Shown here: positions 45,103 through 55,303 of the stretch, one piece after another
How the letters are laid out: every line of letters starts with the position of its first letter
Numbering within the stretch: position 1 is the stretch's first letter
Source of the DNA: Lachnospiraceae bacterium
Lineage (GTDB): Bacteria; Bacillota; Clostridia; Lachnospirales; Lachnospiraceae
Reading direction: 5' to 3'
Length of the DNA stretch: 64,000 nt
NCBI GenBank assembly: GCA_024697595.1
Contig: JAILFK010000008.1
Coordinates: 23,972-87,971 of the forward strand
Notes under the pieces: generated by a model
Seen by the model: only the letters and a program-made list of their open reading frames with translations
What the model was told of the DNA's origin: nothing
Database searches by the model: none
Translations under genes and position numbers: made by a program

Positions 45103-46255
45103 TTAGATTTTTAATTATATACAAAGCTCGTTCCAACGCTTGGTCCATATTATAATATTTAAAATCTGCTAATCTTCCCGCCAAATACAATTTTGTGTAT
45201 TTTTCAGCCTCTTGCTTATATCGGGCATATATTTTTTGTGATTCTTCAGTTAAAACAGGATAATACGGCTCTTTATTCTCACCTTCTTTATATGGTAAGG
45301 AATATTCTATTGCATATGTTGTCTTTTCTCCCACGCACTGATATGGTAGTTTTGTATATTCAGTTATGCGTGTATACCCCTTAGCTTGTGGATAAGCAAC
45401 AACTGGTGCATCTTGGTAACTTTTTATATTATCATTTTTCCATTCAAACCTTAACGATCTATACGGTAATTTACCATATTTAAATCCAAATAGTTCATCT
45501 ATAGGACCTGTATATATTAGCCTTCCCTTAAATTCTTCTCCACCAATCTGGATTATATTTTTTTCTAATTTAATTAAACTTAAGGCATCTGTATTCAATT
45601 CTATTTCTATATTCTCATGCTTTAATAATTTGTCAAAAAAATCTGAATATTTTGTAGCTGGCATATATTGATATTTATCATCAAAATATCCTATATCATA
45701 ATTAAGACGAATTGGTACCCTTTTAAGCACACTCGGATCTATTTCTTCTGGACTCACCCCCCACTGCTTAGCAGTATAAAGGCTATAATCATTTTCGAAT
45801 AAAAAATTTGCATATTCTCGAATCACATCACTTTCATGATTTAACAATTCAAGTACCGTTACAAACTCTTCACTTGGGTAATATCGCTTTAATTCATTCT
45901 TTATTTCATTTGCATTTTTTTCATCATAAAAATCATCTATCGTTTGAAAATTAAAAGGCGTAGGTGTATATTTGCCATTTATAACAGCTCCGCACGTAAG
46001 TTTATACTCATCCCATTCTGCGTATTTTTTCATACACTCAAATAATTCTTTTTTCTTTGTATGAAAAGTATGAGGACCATACTTGTGCACTAAAATCCCT
46101 TCCTCGTTTACATAATCATACATATTTCCACCAATATGGTTTCTTTTTTCAATAATTAAAACACGCTCATTACATTCTTCAGCTAAATGTCTAGCAATAA
46201 CACTTCCTGATAATCCCGCCCCTACTACAATTGCATCATAATGATTATAATTCAT
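45080..46255 (-). CDS. glf: UDP-galactopyranose mutase (copy 1)
   Basis: YDAIVVGAGLSGSVIARHLAEE, GGNMYD, KYGPHTFHT and ...LAGRLADFKYYNMDQA. Confidence 0.88.
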   Translation of the reverse strand: MNYNHYDAIVVGAGLSGSVIARHLAEECNERVLIIEKRNHIGGNMYDYVNEEGILVHKYGPHTFHTKKKELFECMKKYAEWDEYKLTCGAVINGKYTPTPFNFQTIDDFYDEKNANEIKNELKRYYPSEEFVTVLELLNHESDVIREYANFLFENDYSLYTAKQWGVSPEEIDPSVLKRVPIRLNYDIGYFDDKYQYMPATKYSDFFDKLLKHENIEIELNTDALSLIKLEKNIIQIGGEEFKGRLIYTGPIDELFGFKYGKLPYRSLRFEWKNDNIKSYQDAPVVAYPQAKGYTRITEYTKLPYQCVGEKTTYAIEYSLPYKEGENKEPYYPVLTEESQKIYARYKQEAEKYTKLYLAGRLADFKYYNMDQALERALYIIKNLNGGNDGE

Positions 46256-46830
46256 TAAAAGCCTCCATATGTTTCCATAAATTCACTAAAAGTTTGCAAA
46301 TTCTTATCCTTATCAGCAAGTATAACTTTATCTAGTCCACCTACTAAATCCACTGGCCAATCAACGTTTATGTCTCTGTCATTCCACATAATTCCATCGT
46401 CATATTCACCATAGAACTTTTCACCACATTTATAACTTACAATTGATTCCTCTAACACAAGATAACCATGTGCACATCCAGCAGGAACCAATATTTCATT
46501 ATGTTTTTCACCTATCAAATCGAACCCTAACCATTTTTTAAAAGTAGGACTATCTTTTCTCAAATCAACTACGACATCATATACATGTCCGTGTATGCAT
46601 CTTACTAATTTAGGCTGTTGTTTTTCCCGTTGAAAATGGAGCGCTCTAATCACACCTTTATATGATGTTGTATAAAATACCTCCGCTAAATCATGATGTA
46701 TCCCATTCTGTTCAAAGACTTCCTTAGAATAGTCCTTTGTAAAGCATCCCCTTACGTCATCGGCATTAAAAGGTGTCACCTCAATCAATCCAGGGATTTC
46801 TGTATTCTTAAATTCGAACTTTTGTATCAT
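46255..46830 (-). CDS. RmlC-like cupin sugar-nucleotide 3,5- (or 3- / 5-) epimerase
   Basis: RALHFQREKQQPKLVRCIHGHVYDVVVDLRKDSPTFKKW and AHGYLVLE. Confidence 0.8.
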   Translation of the reverse strand: MIQKFEFKNTEIPGLIEVTPFNADDVRGCFTKDYSKEVFEQNGIHHDLAEVFYTTSYKGVIRALHFQREKQQPKLVRCIHGHVYDVVVDLRKDSPTFKKWLGFDLIGEKHNEILVPAGCAHGYLVLEESIVSYKCGEKFYGEYDDGIMWNDRDINVDWPVDLVGGLDKVILADKDKNLQTFSEFMETYGGF

Positions 46831-47754
46831 TTATTTATCTCCTTCTATTGTTATAAGCCAATCACGTGTCTTCTTGCACCCTTCCGCAAATGTTATCTTT
46901 GCTTTAAAACCAGTATCTTCAAATGTCTTTGTACAATCGAATTCACTTAATGGCATATTAACCCCCGTAAACGGAATATCGCCAAAAATAAATTCAAGTT
47001 CAGGCGCAATTGCCTCTTTCATTTCTAACAAAAACTCTTTTAATGGCTTTGCGCAGGAAGATCCAATCATATATTCATTAAACGGTTTTCCTTTTTCGCC
47101 TATTAAATAAAACGCTCTAGCTACATCCTCAATGTAAACAAAATCATAGTTTTGTGTTCCTGCAGTAAACTGCGGATTTTCGCCCTTAATACATTTTCTA
47201 ATTGTTGTATTCACCATTCTAGGGCTCACTTCTCCCACGCCGTACGCATTAGTAATCATCCCCCATATAAGATCAATATCTAAATCTGCTGCAATAGATT
47301 TAGCCATAGTATGCGCTACAAGTTTACCACTACCATACACATACCCTAACCCAGGTTTATTTCCAGGATTAAACGTTGCTTTATAGGTTTCTATTTCCAT
47401 AACACTTCCAGCTTCAACAAATCTAGTACATCCAATACTTTTTGCTAGTCTAATACAATCAATTGTCCATTGTGCATTAGCTAATTGAAGTTCCGTATTA
47501 GCGCGTTCTGCACCTGCTGATCCTTTCCATGCAAAATGGTAAAATATGTCAGCACCTTCTTTTTTTAAATCGTCATATAATTCAGCGACTTTATCTAATT
47601 CCAAATTTTTAATTTGAATCAAATCATTTTTAGGGATATTATCTGCATGCCCTTGATGAACTAATGCTATAACCTCTATTTTATTTTTTACCAATTCTTT
47701 TACAAGAGCACTTCCTACAAATCCATTTGCCCCTGTAACTATTGCCTTTTTCAT
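46831..47754 (-). CDS. NAD(P)-dependent sugar 4-reductase/epimerase (extended SDR)
   Basis: MKKAIVTGANGFVGSALV and YGSGK. Located between rfbF and the RmlC-like gene. Confidence 0.8.
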   Translation of the reverse strand: MKKAIVTGANGFVGSALVKELVKNKIEVIALVHQGHADNIPKNDLIQIKNLELDKVAELYDDLKKEGADIFYHFAWKGSAGAERANTELQLANAQWTIDCIRLAKSIGCTRFVEAGSVMEIETYKATFNPGNKPGLGYVYGSGKLVAHTMAKSIAADLDIDLIWGMITNAYGVGEVSPRMVNTTIRKCIKGENPQFTAGTQNYDFVYIEDVARAFYLIGEKGKPFNEYMIGSSCAKPLKEFLLEMKEAIAPELEFIFGDIPFTGVNMPLSEFDCTKTFEDTGFKAKITFAEGCKKTRDWLITIEGDK

Positions 47755-47773
47755 ATTTCCTCCTAAATTGTTC

Positions 47774-48556
47774 TTAATCTTCCCACACCTTCCATGGAGC
47801 CTTGCCTTCTGAAAGCAATTTTTCTAAGTCCATCTTTTCTTTCATTGTGTCCATACATTGCCAATATCCACGATGCTTATACGCAACCAACTGATTTTCT
47901 TGTGACAATCTTTCAAGCGGCTCTTTTTCAAATGTTGTAGAATCTCCATCTATATAATCAAACACTTCTGGTTGTAAGACCATATATCCGCCGTTGATCC
48001 AACCACCATCTTCTTTCTTTTTTTCAGCAAATTTTTCAATTACTCCGGTTTCTTTTTCTATATCTAATGTCCCAAATCTACCACCAGGTTGCACAGCTGT
48101 CATAGTCGCAAGTTTTCCATGTCCCTTATGAAAATCATAAAGTTCTTTTATATTGACATCGCAGACTCCATCTCCATATGTAAGCATAAACGTTTCATCG
48201 CTGACATATTCCTTGATACGTTTAATTCGTCCACCAGTCATAGTATTTAATCCAGTATCAACTATTGTCACCTTCCATGGTTCTGCCTCATTATTATGTA
48301 TAATCATTTTATTTTCTTTTGTGAAATCAAAAGTAACATCTGATCGATGAAGATAATAATCTGCAAAATATTCTTTTATTACATGTTGCTTATATCCAGC
48401 GCATATTATAAATTCATTAAATCCATAATACGAATATTCCTTCATTATATGCCATAATATTGGTTTACCATTAATTTCAATCATCGGTTTTGGCTTCACC
48501 ATACTTTCTTCAGAAATTCTAGTACCGAATCCACCAGCTAATAATACAACTTTCAT
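47774..48556 (-). CDS. rfbF: Glucose-1-phosphate cytidylyltransferase
   Basis: MKVVLLAGGFGTRISEESMVKPKPMIEINGKPILWHIMKEYSYYGFNEFIICAGYK, the RfbF/DdhA signature. Confidence 0.9.
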   Translation of the reverse strand: MKVVLLAGGFGTRISEESMVKPKPMIEINGKPILWHIMKEYSYYGFNEFIICAGYKQHVIKEYFADYYLHRSDVTFDFTKENKMIIHNNEAEPWKVTIVDTGLNTMTGGRIKRIKEYVSDETFMLTYGDGVCDVNIKELYDFHKGHGKLATMTAVQPGGRFGTLDIEKETGVIEKFAEKKKEDGGWINGGYMVLQPEVFDYIDGDSTTFEKEPLERLSQENQLVAYKHRGYWQCMDTMKEKMDLEKLLSEGKAPWKVWED

Positions 48557-49548
48557 TTTTTCTCTCCTTTTATCTTTATATATATTTTTTTTATTAAATT
48601 TCTTCTTTTGGTTCCAAACGGAATTATTATATTACATATTCTTTTTAATATAATCCAACAATCACTTTTTAAAATTTCAAATTTAATATTATTATTCTCT
48701 TCAAAATCATTTTGAGTATTCACCATTAGTATCAGCGGAACTTCCTTTATCTTATAATTATTATTTAATATTTCATAATGCATATAAATCCCATATAACA
48801 ATTCACCAATATATGCCAAACATCTTGGTTGTTCCTCTATATATTCTGTATTCAAAATTTCCTTCTCAATATCACCCAAGATATTAAATTGAAATTCATT
48901 TAATTTTGCAAATATATCTCTACGCATGATAAAACAATTATATCCTCTATGCTTATCGCCATTTAAATATAACTTTGCAGAATTATATACATCCGGTCTT
49001 TTTTCCTTTATAAGCTCTAGGACTCTATCAAGTAAAAATGTTGGAATAAATCGTGATTCTTTTTCCCACAATTCTCTTACGCTCCTAGCACCAATGCCAT
49101 TTTGTGTGGCTATTCGTTCTGTTTTATATGATTCGTTTATAATCAAATCATATTCCATTATTTCTTCTTGCAACGTTTTTGGATCGTCAAGCCCAAGCAA
49201 CTTAACTGTATGTTCGTTCAAATATGGTAATTGGCGTAATCCATATTCATTAACTAATACATTGCTTTTACAAAAAATATCAAGAAATCTCCTATAATGA
49301 CACAAGCCTACATATTGAGCATCAGAATTCTTCCATGCCCAATATTGAACTGACAATTCACTATAGTATTTAGCTTTATTTGATATATTGTCTCCTGTAT
49401 CGTCCCCCGCAATATTTTCAAAATTATCTGCATCATCTACCGCCCCGCACCTGATAGGGATATATATTTTATTTTTTAAGTGATATCTGTTCTTTAGATC
49501 GACACGATTTGAAACATATATTTCAACAGTACTATTCATTGTTTTCAC
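48553..49548 (-). CDS. DUF4422-domain protein (putative galactofuranosyltransferase)
   Basis: IYVSNRVDLKN...YIPIRCGAV...GDDTGDNISNKA...YSELSVQYWAWKN...YVGLCHYRRF. Paralogous to the N-terminal half of 43126-45102. Confidence 0.7.
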   Translation of the reverse strand: MKTMNSTVEIYVSNRVDLKNRYHLKNKIYIPIRCGAVDDADNFENIAGDDTGDNISNKAKYYSELSVQYWAWKNSDAQYVGLCHYRRFLDIFCKSNVLVNEYGLRQLPYLNEHTVKLLGLDDPKTLQEEIMEYDLIINESYKTERIATQNGIGARSVRELWEKESRFIPTFLLDRVLELIKEKRPDVYNSAKLYLNGDKHRGYNCFIMRRDIFAKLNEFQFNILGDIEKEILNTEYIEEQPRCLAYIGELLYGIYMHYEILNNNYKIKEVPLILMVNTQNDFEENNNIKFEILKSDCWIILKRICNIIIPFGTKRRNLIKKIYIKIKGEKK

Positions 49549-50305
49549 CTAATTCTGGCATATAATTATTACAAACCTCTTCTACTAATCCAGACATCAC
49601 AATATTTCCTTTATCTATCCAGCATGCATGATCACACATCCTTTTAATATCATCAAGATTATGTGAAACAAGTAATAATGTAGTACCTTCAGCCAACATT
49701 GCTTTCATTCTCTCTTGACACTTCGCTTGAAATTTATAATCACCAACTGCCAAAACCTCATCAACAATTAAAATATCCGGTTTAACCATAGTAGCAATTG
49801 CAAATGCTATTCTAGCTTGCATACCAGAGGAATAGTTTTTAATAGGCACATCTAAAAAATCCCATAGTTCTGCAAATTCCACAATTTCATCAAAATGTTC
49901 ACTCATAAATTTTTTTGAGTGTCCTAATAATATTCCATTTAAATAAATATTCTCTCTAGCAGTCAAATCCATATCGAATCCTGCACCCAACTCGATGAGC
50001 GGCGCAATTGTGCCATTCACAACAACTTTACCTTTATATGGCTCTAGTATCCCAGATATTAATTTTAATAATGTAGATTTTCCCGCACCGTTAGTCCCTA
50101 CAAAACCCCATGCTTCCCCTGGCTTTATTTTTAAACTAAAATCTTTAATTGCGAAAAATTCTTTGAACATTAATTGACGTTTTACTAACTTAACAAAATA
50201 CTCCTTAATGTTATCAACAGACTCAGTTGCCATATTAAATCTAACAGTCGCATTCTCTATATCAATAATGTATTCTTCCCCATTATATTTACTAAATTCA
50301 ATCAT
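49532..50305 (-). CDS. wzt: ABC transporter ATP-binding protein (Wzt/TagH type, no C-terminal glycan-binding domain)
   Basis: GTNGAGKSTLLKLISG, YSSGMQARIAFA and ILIVDE. Only 257 aa. Confidence 0.9.
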   Translation of the reverse strand: MIEFSKYNGEEYIIDIENATVRFNMATESVDNIKEYFVKLVKRQLMFKEFFAIKDFSLKIKPGEAWGFVGTNGAGKSTLLKLISGILEPYKGKVVVNGTIAPLIELGAGFDMDLTARENIYLNGILLGHSKKFMSEHFDEIVEFAELWDFLDVPIKNYSSGMQARIAFAIATMVKPDILIVDEVLAVGDYKFQAKCQERMKAMLAEGTTLLLVSHNLDDIKRMCDHACWIDKGNIVMSGLVEEVCNNYMPELGENNE

Positions 50306-50314
50306 ATTAACACC

Positions 50315-51115
50315 TTAAATATATAAAATAAATTTACTCTGATTTTTCTTAAATAATAAACCACCAATTCCGATAGCTAAAATATCAAACAATAATCCCA
50401 CCAACATTAACTTAAAATCAGGATGAGTTTGTTCTATTACGCATTGTCGCATAGACTTAATATACATAAACATCGGGTTAAATCTCACAACCCAAAAGTG
50501 GAGCCATTCTGGTAAAATTTTATCTGGATAAAAAATCGGCGTCAAATATGTCCATGCTGTAATTATTACAGAATAAATATATTGTATATCTCTAAAAAAA
50601 ACCGATGCTTGCGCAAGTAACAGCCCCAAACCTATACAAAAAATATATAATTCTAATGACACTATCGGGACCCATAATAAATTCCACGAAAACGGCACTT
50701 TTGTAATAATCATCACTAAGACTATAGCTGACATAGATAATAAATAGTCAACAAGATCACTTGTTACTTTCGAAAAAGTAAATATGTACTTAGGAACAAA
50801 TATTTTCTTAATCAAAGGCCCATTTTCTATGACTGAATACATCGAGTGTGACGTGGCAACACTCATATAATTAAACATCGTTTGTCCAATTATAAGATAT
50901 ACCGGATAATATTCAATATCGAACCTAAATATATTCGAAAAAACAATCACCATTACAAGCATTATGCCCAGCGGATTTAACAAACTCCATAAATATCCTA
51001 ATACACTTCTTCTATATTTTAGTTTCAAATTTTTTGATATAAGTTCTTTTATTAAATCTCTATAATTATAGATTTCTTTTATGATTCCAACCATGTATTC
51101 CTTCCTTCTATTCAC
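50315..51115 (-). CDS. wzm: ABC-2 (Wzm/TagG) permease
   Basis: 266 aa with six TM helices and LISKNLKLKYRRSVLGYLWSLLNP. Confidence 0.88.
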   Translation of the reverse strand: MNRRKEYMVGIIKEIYNYRDLIKELISKNLKLKYRRSVLGYLWSLLNPLGIMLVMVIVFSNIFRFDIEYYPVYLIIGQTMFNYMSVATSHSMYSVIENGPLIKKIFVPKYIFTFSKVTSDLVDYLLSMSAIVLVMIITKVPFSWNLLWVPIVSLELYIFCIGLGLLLAQASVFFRDIQYIYSVIITAWTYLTPIFYPDKILPEWLHFWVVRFNPMFMYIKSMRQCVIEQTHPDFKLMLVGLLFDILAIGIGGLLFKKNQSKFILYI

Positions 51116-52109
51116 CTTTTATTAATCTATGAGCCAATTTACCCACCGGCAATATAGCATAATTAGTAAATCTAATTAAATATATACTTTTTTTACTTAT
51201 AGAATTATATAAATCTGGATGAGTTCTTTTCATATTTTTATCCCAATGCCGCAATTCATCTTGCATATTTTTATCATCGCCTAAAACTATATATATCTGA
51301 AATTGATTATCAATCATATCTCCAATACATCGTTTCAAATATTCAAGCTTATGCCCTGATATTTGTTCAGATACTTCATCATAAAACTTCACTAATTGTG
51401 TGAGAACACGCAAATGCATATCTTTATTTCTAGCCATACTGTCCCATGTCACGCTCTGCCCAGTTCTTCCCAGTCTATATATATACACATCTCTCTTATC
51501 ATAATACACTGTATTGATATAAGGCACTGGATACGTAATATATTCAGCATCAACATAAAAACAATGTTCATCAATTGGTCTATAATGTTCTTTTAAAATA
51601 GACGTCTTAATTGTCATATTATGCATCTTGACTACTCTATCAAGTTTAATATCCGACAAATTACATTCTTTGCCATATCTGTCTTCAATTTCCGTAGCCA
51701 AAACCCTTTTTATAACATCGTATGTCTCATCTTCGATACACATGAAATCTGATGATATCACATCACTTTCAGATGTTTTAAGCATCTCTACAAAACCGCC
51801 AAATTCTGATGTGTTAACCCAATCATCTGCATCTACCACCTTAAAATATTTACCTGTAGCATTTTGCACACCTGTATTTATCCCTGAGCCATGTCCACCA
51901 TTTTCCTTGTTTATCAATTTAAAACTGTCTGGAAATCTATCTACGTAAGTCTGTGCAATCTGTGCAGTATCATCAGTCGAACCATCATTTACTATCAATA
52001 TCTCTATATATTTTAAAACATCAGTTACAATAAAACTATCTAAACATTTGTTTAAATATTTTTGTGCATTATAAGAAGGTATTGTAACAGTCAATATTTT
52101 CTCATCCAT
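51108..52109 (-). CDS. Family 2 glycosyltransferase
   Basis: LTVTIPSYNAQKYLNKCLDSF...ILIVNDGSTDDT...VVDADDW. Confidence 0.88.
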   Translation of the reverse strand: MDEKILTVTIPSYNAQKYLNKCLDSFIVTDVLKYIEILIVNDGSTDDTAQIAQTYVDRFPDSFKLINKENGGHGSGINTGVQNATGKYFKVVDADDWVNTSEFGGFVEMLKTSESDVISSDFMCIEDETYDVIKRVLATEIEDRYGKECNLSDIKLDRVVKMHNMTIKTSILKEHYRPIDEHCFYVDAEYITYPVPYINTVYYDKRDVYIYRLGRTGQSVTWDSMARNKDMHLRVLTQLVKFYDEVSEQISGHKLEYLKRCIGDMIDNQFQIYIVLGDDKNMQDELRHWDKNMKRTHPDLYNSISKKSIYLIRFTNYAILPVGKLAHRLIKGE

Positions 52110-52110
52110 A

Positions 52111-52941
52111 TCATCTCAACACTTTTCTATACAATATTTTTCTCATCAAAGAACCACTCATTGTCATACCACAAGTTAAAATTATAGAACATATATATTG
52201 CAATCCTGTAAGTAATCCAAGTTTTCTTTGTATCTTTCTCAGTTCTAAATACCTCAAAGTATATTTTCTGCCGCCTCGTCTATCATATACTTTCATTCCT
52301 GATCTCATTTTCACAAGAGTTTGCGGTATATTATAAAGCTCACTACCTGCAGCCAGCATTCTCATCCATAAGTAATAATCCTCTAAAAATGGATAATGCT
52401 GATAATTCCCCGCTTCTAAAACCGCAGTTTTTCTAAACATAACAGTCATATGATTCATTGGATTTCTATATTTCGCATACCTTCGAATCTCTTCTGGCTT
52501 CTCTGGCATCTGCTTTAATTGTTTGAATGCGCTATCCTCATCATCAAATTCTTCTATCCACCCACCACATGCTGCAATATCTATATTTTTAATCATAAAT
52601 TCTTCTTGATTCTTCAAACGATCCGGCAGGGCAATGTCGTCCGCATCCATCCTTGCAATTAGCTCATTTTCACATAGCTCAACACCTTTTTGAAGCGCTC
52701 TCCCTAATTGCACATTTTCATCAAACTGATAGATTTTCAACTCGTCGCATTCCAACGCAAAATGTTCTATCACCTCATATAACTCATCTGTCAACAATCC
52801 ATCTTCTATTAACACGACTTCATCTGGTTTTCTGGTTTGCTCTAAATAGATACTTTCCAAAGCCTTTTTTAAATGCTGTGGCTTTTCCTTGCAATACACA
52901 GAAAGCAATACTGATATTCCCATATCACTCCTTTTCACCAT
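52111..52941 (-). CDS. Family 2 glycosyltransferase
   Basis: ISVLLSVYCKEKPQHLKKALESIYLEQTRKPDEVVLIEDG...ARMDADD. Confidence 0.85.
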   Translation of the reverse strand: MVKRSDMGISVLLSVYCKEKPQHLKKALESIYLEQTRKPDEVVLIEDGLLTDELYEVIEHFALECDELKIYQFDENVQLGRALQKGVELCENELIARMDADDIALPDRLKNQEEFMIKNIDIAACGGWIEEFDDEDSAFKQLKQMPEKPEEIRRYAKYRNPMNHMTVMFRKTAVLEAGNYQHYPFLEDYYLWMRMLAAGSELYNIPQTLVKMRSGMKVYDRRGGRKYTLRYLELRKIQRKLGLLTGLQYICSIILTCGMTMSGSLMRKILYRKVLR

Positions 52942-54325
52942 TTCCCGTCAAAGCCTTTTCTTCTCCGTCTTCTAGTCCCTCTGTGCTGTCTTTAATAAAA
53001 ATAACTTTGATAGTTAATAGAATCAATTTGATATCTAATAAAATCGACCCTCTCTCAACATATATCATATCAAGTTTTAACTTGTCGAGATTGGTAGTAT
53101 TGTATTTACCATACACCTGAGCATAACCGGTAAGTCCAGCCTTGACCCTAGTTCTATATGCAAACTCTGGCACTTCTTTTACGTACTCAGCTATAATCTC
53201 CGGCCTTTCTGGTCTCGGTCCAACTATAGACATGTCCCCTTTTAACACATTAAAAAACTGTGGGAGTTCATCTATTCTCGTTGCCCTAATAACTTTTCCG
53301 ACCGAAGTTATACGATCATCATTTTCTCCTGCCAGACGAGCCTTACCATCACTTTCAGCATTCACCACCATACTTCTAAACTTCATGATATAAAACTCTC
53401 TATCATCAATGGTAGCTCGTTTTTGCTTGTATATAACAGGTCCGCCATCATTTGCTTTTATAGCTACAGTCGCAACTAGCATAATCGGACTAGAAATAAT
53501 AATTCCCACCAATGATATCACTATATCCATGGTTCTCTTTACAAACCTCTGACTACTTGTAAGTCCTAGATTCCTGCACAGATAAAGCGGCGTATCAAAC
53601 AGATGCAATTCATCGGCATTTTTTACCAATATGTCTGATATTTTCGGAGTAAAATACACTCTCTTCCTTTGATTGTATGCCTCTTTTAAAATGTGATTTT
53701 TATTATCAGTTTCAATATCATTTAACACTATCGCATCATAATTTCTCATTGTTTCGGCAATCACTTCTATAGAGTTATCTTCCGAAATCCTATCCGCAAT
53801 AATATATTTATCCTTGCGGCCATTCATTTTCTTAGCCAAATTATTAGTATATTTCCCATATATCATGAGCATCTTGAGCGGTGGAAATATACTTCTATAT
53901 AATTTGGTCAGAATATATGTCACAAAAAATATCGTAACAGATTGTATGATTATCAGCGCTATGAATGCAGGAATGATATATATCAACTTATCAATGTATC
54001 CCACCATTAAGAAATTTACCAAAAATATAATCCCATTGACTATCACCATGGATACCCACTGAGAAATTATAATGTGGGATATTCGATTCACTCCCATTTT
54101 AAAGCCATCAAAGGTCTTGATAACCATTATGCACAAAATAATGTAAATTACGTACACAAGAAGATTACCTTTGTTTTCAAAAGGTCTAAGCAACAAGATA
54201 TTAATCTTGTCACGCCACATATACGAATATTCAATTGTCAATAGCAATACAATCGCTACATTGCTAAAGCCTCTATACCAATACTTCGCATTATTTTTAT
54301 TCATCGATTTCTTATAACCCTTCAC
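52925..54325 (-). CDS. Polyprenyl-phosphate hexose-1-phosphate transferase (WbaP/CpsE-type initiating enzyme)
   Basis: C-terminal [22 protein letters not shown]...[10 protein letters not shown]...FYIMKFRSM...[41 protein letters not shown]. Four N-terminal TM helices. The start may be ATG 54304. Confidence 0.92.
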   Translation of the reverse strand: MKGYKKSMNKNNAKYWYRGFSNVAIVLLLTIEYSYMWRDKINILLLRPFENKGNLLVYVIYIILCIMVIKTFDGFKMGVNRISHIIISQWVSMVIVNGIIFLVNFLMVGYIDKLIYIIPAFIALIIIQSVTIFFVTYILTKLYRSIFPPLKMLMIYGKYTNNLAKKMNGRKDKYIIADRISEDNSIEVIAETMRNYDAIVLNDIETDNKNHILKEAYNQRKRVYFTPKISDILVKNADELHLFDTPLYLCRNLGLTSSQRFVKRTMDIVISLVGIIISSPIMLVATVAIKANDGGPVIYKQKRATIDDREFYIMKFRSMVVNAESDGKARLAGENDDRITSVGKVIRATRIDELPQFFNVLKGDMSIVGPRPERPEIIAEYVKEVPEFAYRTRVKAGLTGYAQVYGKYNTTNLDKLKLDMIYVERGSILLDIKLILLTIKVIFIKDSTEGLEDGEEKALTGNGEKE

Positions 54326-55190
54326 TTACATCAATCAAGTACTGACCATATGCAGTCTTCAAAAGTGGCTGAGCAAGTTTCACAAGTTGTTCCTTGTCAA
54401 TGAAACCACGTCTGAATGCAATTTCCTCAATACATGATACATACATACCCTGTCTCTTCTGGTATGTCTCTACGAAATTTGCAGCATTGAGAAGCATATC
54501 ATGGTTTCCTGTATCAAGCCATGCAAATCCTCGACCTAGAGTCTCCACATGTAGATTTCCTCTATTCAAATATTCATTATTAACCGCTGTAATCTCAAGC
54601 TCACCTCTAGCACTTGGCTTGATAGTCTTAGCGATTTGTACTACGTCATTATCATAGAAGTATAATCCTGGAACCGCATAATTACTCTTTGGATTCTCTG
54701 GTTTCTCTTCTATTGATATAGCGATACCATTTTCATCGAATTCAACAACGCCATACTCTCTAGGGTCTTTTACATAATATCCGAAAATTGTAGCTCCCGG
54801 CTCATTTTCTGTTCTAGTAGCCGCTTCCTTTAATATCTTAGAGAAAGTCATACCATAGAAGATATTATCTCCAAGTACAAGCGCAACAGAATCATCTCCT
54901 ATGAATTCCTCTCCTATGATAAACGCCTCAGCAAGTCCATTTGGCGCTTCTTGAACAGCATACTGTATATCCATGCCAAGCTGGCTTCCATCACCAAGCA
55001 GCTCCTCAAATACCGACAAGTCTCTAGGTGTAGAGATAATAAGCACCTCTCTAATACCTGCAAGCATAAGAGTAGACAATGGATAGTAAATCATCGGTTT
55101 ATCATACACCGGCATAATCTGCTTGCTAATCGCCTTAGTTAATGGATAAAGTCTAGTACCGGAACCTCCGGCTAATATAATTCCCTTCAT
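54312..55190 (-). CDS. rmlA: Glucose-1-phosphate thymidylyltransferase
   Basis: [55 protein letters not shown]... Confidence 0.95.
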   Translation of the reverse strand: MKGIILAGGSGTRLYPLTKAISKQIMPVYDKPMIYYPLSTLMLAGIREVLIISTPRDLSVFEELLGDGSQLGMDIQYAVQEAPNGLAEAFIIGEEFIGDDSVALVLGDNIFYGMTFSKILKEAATRTENEPGATIFGYYVKDPREYGVVEFDENGIAISIEEKPENPKSNYAVPGLYFYDNDVVQIAKTIKPSARGELEITAVNNEYLNRGNLHVETLGRGFAWLDTGNHDMLLNAANFVETYQKRQGMYVSCIEEIAFRRGFIDKEQLVKLAQPLLKTAYGQYLIDVSEGL

Positions 55191-55275
55191 ATTTACTTAC
55201 TCCTTCAAAAATCTTAAAAATCTATATATTTCAACCGCACATATGCATTTATGTCTGTAAAATCACAACATTGTT

Positions 55276-55284
55276 ATTATAACA
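55276..55284 (-). promoter_or_regulatory. Possible extended -10 promoter element upstream of rmlA
   Basis: On the minus strand: TGTTATAAT (perfect TGnTATAAT), about 85 nt upstream of the rmlA ATG. No convincing -35. Confidence 0.3.
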
Positions 55285-55303
55285 CCCTTTTATCAGCAAT
55301 TTC

